Virus record (IMG/VR): IMGVR_UViG_3300020411_002342
Coordinates: 1 to 52,456 of that record
Direction: 5' to 3' (one strand)
Source: a virus
Lineage: Duplodnaviria > Caudoviricetes
DNA length: 52,456 bases
The notes beneath the pieces were generated by a model, which was not told the origin of the DNA, made no database searches, and worked only from the letters and a program-made list of their open reading frames with translations. Positions 45,858 through 52,456 of this stretch are shown here, piece by piece. Each line of letters starts with the position of its first letter. Positions within the stretch are counted from its first letter, which is position 1. A program made the position numbers and the translations under genes.

Positions 45858-47534
45858 ATGGCTAATCTTTTTGGCTTCTCGATTGACGATTCGTATAAGA
45901 AACCCTCGAAGACGGTAGTTTCTCCCATTCCCAAGAATAATGAGGATGGTGCAGATTATTACCTTGCTTCGGGGTTTTATGGGCAATATCTAGATGTAGA
46001 AGGAGTATTTAAAACAGAATACGATTTAATTCGTAGATATCGTGAGATGTCACTTCATCCTGAAGTAGATTCTGCGATAGAGGATATTATCTGTGAAGCT
46101 ATTGTTGCTGATCAGAACGATTCACCTATAGAAATAGATTTAGATAACTTACAAGTTAGTGATAAGGTAAAAGATATTATTCGTGAAGAGTTCCAGTATA
46201 TTAAAGAAATGCTGGACTTTGATAAAAAAGCACATGAGATATTCCGCAATTGGTATGTTGATGGAAGAATTTATTATCACAAAGTCATAGATTTAGAAAA
46301 ACCAGAAGAAGGTATTAAAGAGTTAAGATATATTGATGCATTGAAATTAAAATTTGTAAGGGAACAGAAGAAAGTTAAGAATGGTGATATTAATTATAGT
46401 AATAATATGAAACCAGGTGTAGATAGAGATCCTACAACCTCAGAATTTCCTGGTTTAAATGAATATTATATTTACAGTGCAAATTCATATCAAAAGAATC
46501 AGTATGGATCTGTTGCTGTTTCTGGTCAACAAAAAGATGCAATTAAAATTGCAAAAGATGCTATTGCATCAACCACATCTGGTTTAGTTGATCGCAATAA
46601 ACATACAGTTCTTTCTTATCTACAGAAAGCAATTAAGGCACTTAATCAACTTCGTATGATTGAGGATAGTCTTGTAATTTATAGATTATCAAGAGCTCCA
46701 GAAAGAAGAATATTTTACATTGATGTAGGTAATCTACCTAAAGTTAAGGCAGAACAATACCTTCGTGAAGTAATGAGTCGTTATAGGAATAAATTAACCT
46801 ATGATGCTTCTACTGGTGAAGTTAGAGATGATAAGAAATATATGTCCATGATGGAAGATTTCTGGTTACCACGTAGAGAAGGTGGTAGAGGAACAGAAAT
46901 TTCTACATTACCTGGTGGACAAAACTTAGGAGAACTTACAGACGTAGAGTATTTCCAAAAGAAACTTTATCGTTCTTTGAATGTTCCTGAGTCAAGAATG
47001 AATCTTGATAATGGATTTAGTTTAGGTCGTTCATCAGAAATATTAAGAGACGAACTTAAATTTACGAAGTTCGTTGGTAGAATGAGAAAGAGATTTAGTA
47101 ATCTTTTCCATGATATTCTTAGAACTCAATTAATCCTTAAAAACATAGTAACACCAGAGGATTGGGAAGGAATGAGTGATCATATTCAATATGATTATTT
47201 GTACGATAATCACTTCTCAGAACTCAAAGAATCTGAATTAATGCAAGAAAGAATGGGTCTTTTAGCAACTGCTGATCCTTACATTGGAAAATACTATTCT
47301 GTGGATTATGTACGTCGTAAGATTTTACGTCAAACTGACTTAGAAATTTATGAACAAGATTTGAGAATGAAACAAGAAAAAGAAGCTGGTATTATTCCAC
47401 CAACTGAAGAAGAGATTATGATGGCTGCAGCTACAGAAAAGGCTACTGGTGGAATGGGAAATATTCCGCAAGATATGGAAGTAGATACACAATCAACACA
47501 AGCACCAAAAAATCCTAAAGGAGGAGAAATCTAA
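45858..47534 (+). CDS. gp20: Portal protein gp20
   Basis: YRLSRAPERRIFYIDVGNLP, EDFWLPRREGGRGTEISTLPGG. Confidence 0.98.
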   Translation: MANLFGFSIDDSYKKPSKTVVSPIPKNNEDGADYYLASGFYGQYLDVEGVFKTEYDLIRRYREMSLHPEVDSAIEDIICEAIVADQNDSPIEIDLDNLQVSDKVKDIIREEFQYIKEMLDFDKKAHEIFRNWYVDGRIYYHKVIDLEKPEEGIKELRYIDALKLKFVREQKKVKNGDINYSNNMKPGVDRDPTTSEFPGLNEYYIYSANSYQKNQYGSVAVSGQQKDAIKIAKDAIASTTSGLVDRNKHTVLSYLQKAIKALNQLRMIEDSLVIYRLSRAPERRIFYIDVGNLPKVKAEQYLREVMSRYRNKLTYDASTGEVRDDKKYMSMMEDFWLPRREGGRGTEISTLPGGQNLGELTDVEYFQKKLYRSLNVPESRMNLDNGFSLGRSSEILRDELKFTKFVGRMRKRFSNLFHDILRTQLILKNIVTPEDWEGMSDHIQYDYLYDNHFSELKESELMQERMGLLATADPYIGKYYSVDYVRRKILRQTDLEIYEQDLRMKQEKEAGIIPPTEEEIMMAAATEKATGGMGNIPQDMEVDTQSTQAPKNPKGGEI

Positions 47535-47813
47535 ATGCCACTACCTGAAATTCCATATGATGAATGGTTTCATGATAAAAAGGATAACCCATTAGATTCT
47601 ATGCCAATAGCCACCAATAAAGGTGGATTTGATTGGGAAGATACTGCTCCTTGTGAGTATGAACCACCTCATGAAGAAGAAAAAACCATACATCAAAAGA
47701 TGTATGAGATTGCAACTTCACGTTATAATCCGTTTTCTGTAGGTGGATCAGAGAATTGTCAATCTGACATTGACTGTTCTATTGGTGGTTCTGAAAGACT
47801 ATCAAAATCTTAA
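47535..47813 (+). CDS. Hypothetical acidic protein
   Basis: ORF track. GGAGGAG RBS, abuts the gp20 stop. Confidence 0.7.
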   Translation: MPLPEIPYDEWFHDKKDNPLDSMPIATNKGGFDWEDTAPCEYEPPHEEEKTIHQKMYEIATSRYNPFSVGGSENCQSDIDCSIGGSERLSKS

Positions 47814-47815
47814 GA

Positions 47816-47823
47816 TATAAATA
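47816..47823 (+). promoter_or_regulatory. T4-type late promoter
   Basis: Exact TATAAATA. Confidence 0.75.
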
Positions 47824-47852
47824 TAAACATATAGTTATTAATTTTTTATCTC

Positions 47853-48068
47853 ATGGAAGAATTAATGGATTTGATTATTGCGGATGAATCACCATCTGCC
47901 ATTAGTGACAACATTAAAGACGTTCTGTTTAATAAATCTGCAGGAAAAATCGATGCACTTAAACCAGTAGTTGCTAATACACTATTTGGTTCTGAGGAAG
48001 AAGTTCCAGAGATTGAATCAGAAGCTGGTGAAATTGACAATGAAATAGAAACCGAAGAGGAAGAGTAA
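47853..48068 (+). CDS. Small acidic prohead core protein (gp67-like by position)
   Basis: Between portal and protease genes. Glu-rich tail. Confidence 0.65.
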   Translation: MEELMDLIIADESPSAISDNIKDVLFNKSAGKIDALKPVVANTLFGSEEEVPEIESEAGEIDNEIETEEEE

Positions 48069-48626
48069 ATGGCACATCAACCCGTAGGTACTGGATTTAG
48101 TTTTGCGACAAGTGCTACGAGTGCATCGCAAACTTTTACAGTTCAGTCGGATAGTTTAAGAGTTGTAGCTAAAGGCGCTGGTCAACATGTAGCAATTGGT
48201 ACTACTGGACCTGCAACTACAGGTGATTATTATGTAGCTGCAGGAACCGCTGAGGTTTTAAATATAGGTAGAGTTAGTTCTATAGGTCTTGCTGGGATAA
48301 CAAAAGGAGCTTCAACAACAATCGATCTTCCAGAAGGAACAGGATGTCCTTTTGAGGTTGATGATGTTATTGTTACATCTGGAATAACTGGTGTTACTGG
48401 ATTCAATACAACTGCAAAAGTGGTTTCTATTGATGCTAGTGCCAATAGTTATGGTTATCATTCAGAAAGAATAACTACAGATCATGATAGTCGGTCTCTT
48501 AATTCTGACAATGCAGTTGTAACTGCTGGTGAGGCAAGAAGACAATTAACAGTTTCTGCTGTTACCGATCATACAACAGGTGGTCAGTTGTTTGCTCAAC
48601 AAGTTCAAGTATCAGGGGATTCATAA
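48069..48626 (+). CDS. Virion structural protein
   Basis: ORF track. G/T/A-rich beta composition, inside the head operon. Confidence 0.7.
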   Translation: MAHQPVGTGFSFATSATSASQTFTVQSDSLRVVAKGAGQHVAIGTTGPATTGDYYVAAGTAEVLNIGRVSSIGLAGITKGASTTIDLPEGTGCPFEVDDVIVTSGITGVTGFNTTAKVVSIDASANSYGYHSERITTDHDSRSLNSDNAVVTAGEARRQLTVSAVTDHTTGGQLFAQQVQVSGDS

Positions 48627-49277
48627 ATGAAACTCATTACAGAAGAAATTGATCAGGTTGAAGTTATCGTTGAGGAAAGAAACGGTAAGAAGAATCTTTT
48701 TATTGAAGGCATTTTCCTTCAAGGAGAGATTAAAAATCGTAATGGAAGATTGTATCCAATAGAGACTCTTGGTCGTGAGGTACAAAGATACAACGAAAAT
48801 TTTGTTGTTAAAGGTCGTGCTCTTGGTGAACTTGGTCATCCTGATGGACCAACTGTTAATCTTGACAGAGTTTCACATAAGATCACAAGTCTTCGCCAAG
48901 AAGGTACTAACTTTATTGGTAAGGCACAAATACTTTCCACACCAATGGGAAGCATTGCCAAGAATCTTCTTGATGAAGGTGTTAAACTTGGTGTTTCCTC
49001 AAGAGGCGTTGGTTCACTAAATAAAACCAATGAGGGCTATAGTGTAGTAGGAGAAGATTTTACTCTTGCGACTGCTGCTGATATAGTTGCCGATCCTTCA
49101 GCTCCAGATGCTTTTGTAGATGGAATTATGGAAGGAAAAGAATGGGTTTGGGATGGAGGAGTTCTTCGTGAACGTCTTGCATCAAGGACTTATAAGAGAA
49201 TTAATACTCTCGTTGATCAAAAACGTCTTGACGAACAAAAGTTAAACGTATTTGAAGATTTCTTAGCAAATCTCTAA
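48627..49277 (+). CDS. gp21: Prohead core protease gp21
   Basis: MKLITE, GELGHP, GVSSRG, DIVADPSAPDA. Confidence 0.97.
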   Translation: MKLITEEIDQVEVIVEERNGKKNLFIEGIFLQGEIKNRNGRLYPIETLGREVQRYNENFVVKGRALGELGHPDGPTVNLDRVSHKITSLRQEGTNFIGKAQILSTPMGSIAKNLLDEGVKLGVSSRGVGSLNKTNEGYSVVGEDFTLATAADIVADPSAPDAFVDGIMEGKEWVWDGGVLRERLASRTYKRINTLVDQKRLDEQKLNVFEDFLANL

Positions 49278-49279
49278 TT

Positions 49280-49287
49280 TATAAATA
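49280..49287 (+). promoter_or_regulatory. T4-type late promoter
   Basis: Exact TATAAATA upstream of gp22/gp23. Confidence 0.8.
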
Positions 49288-49324
49288 AATATAGATTAAA
49301 TAAAGGTATTCGGAGAAAAGTTCA

Positions 49325-50461
49325 ATGTCTCGTGGTACGAAATTACAAGAAATGGAAGTAGGTACTAAACAGTCAGTAACCGCTGTGAATAAAGACGCTG
49401 CCCCTGGTGACAAAGCAATGAAAACTATGGCAGGTGTCACTTATCAGGATTTAGGCGGTCCTACTCCAGATAATTCTAAACCAGATGATGACTCTAACAA
49501 GTTATCAGTTGGTTCTGGTGTTGCTGATGGCGCCCATGCTAAAAACCTCAAGTCTGTAAAAGGATTCATGAAAAAGTTCGAACCAAATAAAGTAACTGGT
49601 GAAGAAGTCGAAGCAAAAGAAGAGGAAGTAATTGCTGAAGACGAAACAGTTAATAAGGAAGAAACTGTAGTTTCTCAAGAAGAGACTGTTGAAGAAGAAA
49701 AGGTAGAGGAAAAAGTTATCCCCGAACTCAACGATGATGTTGATATTGAGGATGATGTAAATGCTCTTCTTGGCGGACAAGAACTTTCTGAGGAATTCCG
49801 TGAGAAAGCAAAAACTATTTTCGAAGCTGCTCTCAAGTCAAAAGTTATTGAGATGAGAGAAGCTCTCGAAGCACAACATGAAGCTAAACTTGTAGAAGAA
49901 GTTGAAGCTATGAAAGGTGAACTTGTCGAACGTGTTGACTCCTATTTGGAGTACGTGGCCGATGAGTGGGTTCAAGAGAACACCCTTTCAATCGAACATG
50001 GTCTTAAGACCGAAATGACAGAATCATTCCTTGAAGGAATGAAAGGTCTTTTTGAAGAACATTATGTATCAATCCCTGACGAAAAATATGATGTCGTTGA
50101 GAATATGGTAGGAAAACTAGATGACATGGAGTCAAAACTCAACGAGCAAATCGAGAAGAATATAGCAATCAACAAGCGTCTCGCAGAGGCAACTGCTGAT
50201 GGTATCCTTTCCGACGTTTCTGAAGGACTAGCGTCCACTCAGAAGGAAAAGCTCGCTTCCCTAGCCGAAGGTATTGAGTTTGAAAGTGAAGAATCTTATA
50301 AGGAAAAGCTTGAAACTCTAAAAGAGTCATATTTCAAGACTGCTCCAAAGAGAAGTGAATCCGAAGACCTGAACGAATCAGCTGAAACTCCAGTTGAAGT
50401 ACCAGCTGGAAGAATGTCAGCATACTTGCAGGCACTTCAAAACACTGCTCAAAGCAATTGA
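49325..50461 (+). CDS. gp22: Prohead core scaffold protein gp22
   Basis: ELSEEFREKAKTIFEAA, VDSYLEYVADEW, KLETLKESYF. Confidence 0.95.
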   Translation: MSRGTKLQEMEVGTKQSVTAVNKDAAPGDKAMKTMAGVTYQDLGGPTPDNSKPDDDSNKLSVGSGVADGAHAKNLKSVKGFMKKFEPNKVTGEEVEAKEEEVIAEDETVNKEETVVSQEETVEEEKVEEKVIPELNDDVDIEDDVNALLGGQELSEEFREKAKTIFEAALKSKVIEMREALEAQHEAKLVEEVEAMKGELVERVDSYLEYVADEWVQENTLSIEHGLKTEMTESFLEGMKGLFEEHYVSIPDEKYDVVENMVGKLDDMESKLNEQIEKNIAINKRLAEATADGILSDVSEGLASTQKEKLASLAEGIEFESEESYKEKLETLKESYFKTAPKRSESEDLNESAETPVEVPAGRMSAYLQALQNTAQSN

Positions 50462-50506
50462 TCTCAACTTTGTAAACTGTTCAAACTAAATTTAAGGTAA
50501 ACGCAA

Positions 50507-51904
50507 ATGTTCAATGCCGAACATCTGCAGGAGAAGTGGAAGCCCCTTTTAGAAGCGGAAGGTCTTGATAGTATCAAAGACAATCACAGAAAAGCGGTAA
50601 CTGCTGTCCTGTTAGAGAACCAAGAAAGATTTTTAAGTGAGGAATCACAATTCCTCTCAGAAGGCCCAACAATGTCAGTTGGTAACGGTGGATACACTGG
50701 TTCTGCCACTGCTACTGGCCCTGTTGCTGGTTTCGACCCTGTTCTGATCTCGCTGATCAGACGTTCTATGCCAAACTTGGTCGCATATGACCTTGCTGGT
50801 GTACAACCAATGAACGCACCGACTGGTCTTATCTTTGCGATGAGAAGTCGTTACGTTGATGGAACTAATGCTGACCGTAGACTTGGAACTGAAGCTCTAT
50901 TCAACGAGCCAGATTCTGCATTCTCTGGACAGTCTTCTTCCTTCAGTAACACTAACGGATTTGTTAGTGCTTCTACTGGTTTAGGTACAACTGCTCAGTC
51001 AGGTACTAACCCAGGCGCCCTTAACCCATCTACTAACGCAACTCAGGTTAGTTATGATGTAGGTCAAGGAATGAGAACTGATGACGCTGAGAACTTAGGT
51101 TCTACTGCAGCTGAACAGTTCAACGAAATGGCTTTCAGTATCGAGAAAGTAACCGTTACTGCGAAGTCAAGAGCTCTAAAAGCTGAGTACAGTTTAGAAC
51201 TTGCTCAAGACCTTAAGGCAATCCATGGCTTGAATGCTGAGGCTGAATTAGCAAATATCCTTTCTACAGAGATTCTTGCTGAAATCAACCGTGAAGTTAT
51301 TCGTACCATTTACAAGACTGCTGAAACAGGTGCTCAAGTAAACGTTGCTTCTGCTGGTACTTTCAACCTTGACGTTGACAGTAATGGTCGTTGGAGCGTT
51401 GAGAAGTTTAAGGGACTTCTGTTCCAGATTGAAAGAGATGCCAACGCAATCGCACAAAGAACTCGTCGTGGAAAGGGTAACATCATCCTTTGCTCTGCTG
51501 ACGTTGCTTCTGCATTGACAATGGCTGGTGTACTTGATTACACTCCTGCTCTTAATGCTAACCTTAACGTAGACGACACAGGTAATACATTTGCTGGTGT
51601 TATCAACGGTAAGTACAGAGTGTACATCGACCCATTCTCTGCTAACAGTGCTGCTACTCAGTACTACGTTATCGGATACAAAGGTACTTCTCCATACGAC
51701 GCTGGACTGTTCTACTGCCCATACGTTCCACTACAGATGGTTCGTGCAGTTGGTCAGGACACCTTCCAACCAAAAATTGGATTTAAGACTCGTTACGGAA
51801 TGGTTGAGAACCCATTCTCACAGGGAACTACTCAAGGTTCAGGAACACTTACTGTTAACGCTAACCGTTACTACAGACGTGTTGCTGTTTCCAACCTCAT
51901 GTAA
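50507..51904 (+). CDS. gp23: Major capsid protein gp23
   Basis: AGFDPVLISLIRRSMPNL, KSRALKAEYSLELAQDLKAIHG, FQPKIGFKTRYG. Confidence 0.99.
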   Translation: MFNAEHLQEKWKPLLEAEGLDSIKDNHRKAVTAVLLENQERFLSEESQFLSEGPTMSVGNGGYTGSATATGPVAGFDPVLISLIRRSMPNLVAYDLAGVQPMNAPTGLIFAMRSRYVDGTNADRRLGTEALFNEPDSAFSGQSSSFSNTNGFVSASTGLGTTAQSGTNPGALNPSTNATQVSYDVGQGMRTDDAENLGSTAAEQFNEMAFSIEKVTVTAKSRALKAEYSLELAQDLKAIHGLNAEAELANILSTEILAEINREVIRTIYKTAETGAQVNVASAGTFNLDVDSNGRWSVEKFKGLLFQIERDANAIAQRTRRGKGNIILCSADVASALTMAGVLDYTPALNANLNVDDTGNTFAGVINGKYRVYIDPFSANSAATQYYVIGYKGTSPYDAGLFYCPYVPLQMVRAVGQDTFQPKIGFKTRYGMVENPFSQGTTQGSGTLTVNANRYYRRVAVSNLM

Positions 51905-51931
51905 TAGAGAAGTTAATATCTCTAATTCCTC

Positions 51932-51961
51932 AAAGACCTCCACATGTGGGGGTCTTTTTTT
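51932..51961 (+). terminator. Rho-independent terminator after gp23
   Basis: AAAGACCTCCAC-AT-GTGGGGGTCTTT followed by a T-run. Confidence 0.85.
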
Positions 51962-51962
51962 G

Positions 51963-51970
51963 TCTAAATA
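51963..51970 (+). promoter_or_regulatory. T4-type late promoter
   Basis: TCTAAATA immediately after the terminator. Confidence 0.6.
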
Positions 51971-51990
51971 TATCAGTTTGTCTAAAGATA

Positions 51991-52456
51991 ATGACTGCAC
52001 TGATTGACCCAAAAAAGTATAGTGAGACAGTTGACCTATTGAGGTCATTTTTTTTGTCTAAAAACTTTTTAGAAGTTCACACACAAAATCGTTTAAGTAT
52101 CCTTGCTGCTTGTGAAGATCCAGAAACAGTAGCAACATATGAATACAATGGTCAAGTATGGCCACTACCACAGACAGGTCAAATGTGGTTAGAATATGAA
52201 TTACTATCCAACCCTTCTGCGGAAGGGTTTTTCTGTGTCTCCACTTCATATAGAGCAGAACCAAACCCTGTAGAAGGAAGACATGAAACGATCTTCCCTA
52301 TGTTTGAATTTGAAATGAAGGGAGGAGTAGAGGAACTTGAAGATCTGGAAAAGGAATTATGTGAATGGATAGGATTACCATTAGATAGTGGTAGTATTAG
52401 AACCTATCAAGAATGGTCTGATGTTTATGATACAAAAGAACTTGACCATGAACATG
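51991..52456 (+). CDS. Class IIb aminoacyl-tRNA synthetase-like catalytic domain (AsnRS2/archaeal-type asparagine synthetase A-like), 3' end outside the window
   Basis: Manual translation, open to the edge. LRSFFLSKNFLEVHTQ (motif 1-like), LPQTGQMWLE, SYRAEPNPVEGRHETIFPMFEFE (motif 2-like). Not in track. Confidence 0.8.
   Translation, partial: MTALIDPKKYSETVDLLRSFFLSKNFLEVHTQNRLSILAACEDPETVATYEYNGQVWPLPQTGQMWLEYELLSNPSAEGFFCVSTSYRAEPNPVEGRHETIFPMFEFEMKGGVEELEDLEKELCEWIGLPLDSGSIRTYQEWSDVYDTKELDHEH

Noticed and set aside
40786-51904. Inteins or group I introns in gp17, gp18, gp20 or gp23
   Set aside because: ORFs are uninterrupted and of ordinary length, with no splicing or homing-endonuclease motifs.
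10774-52264. Many short minus-strand and alternate-frame ORFs within structural genes
   Set aside because: Nested in well-identified genes and expected from codon bias. No motifs or RBS.
1-52456. tRNA or rRNA genes, and stop-codon reassignment
   Set aside because: No cloverleaf or rRNA-like segment was seen in the short intergenic gaps. Core genes translate full-length with the standard code and all three stops are used.

Overview
A 52.5 kb, AT-rich segment of a large T4-like marine cyanomyovirus (Kyanoviridae / Prochlorococcus P-SSM2-type gene order; host assignment is inference). All credible genes are on the + strand. 1-7.8 kb is an accessory/early cluster of about 27 tiny ORFs plus an RmlB-like sugar dehydratase, punctuated by six copies of a palindromic box that is usually followed by a GC hairpin and a -10 hexamer. 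7.8-8.3 kb is an ORF-poor control locus with back-to-back consensus sigma70 promoters (one firing antisense into the early cluster), three TGAGCAGTT direct repeats, four G-tracts and an AT-rich block. It is a candidate transcription-primed origin or ncRNA locus and is bracketed by an inverted degenerate repeat at 6.94 and 9.37 kb. 8.5-52 kb is the late virion module: GT2-like glycosyltransferase, gp25, gp6, a 4011-aa gp7-like protein, gp8, VrlC-like protein and gp13-gp23, with T4-type late promoters. A class II aminoacyl-tRNA-synthetase-like gene with no N-terminal anticodon-binding domain starts after gp23 and runs off the edge; the ORF track missed it. No tRNA, rRNA, CRISPR array, intron or intein was recognised. 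All calls come from manual motif reading; no searches were run.
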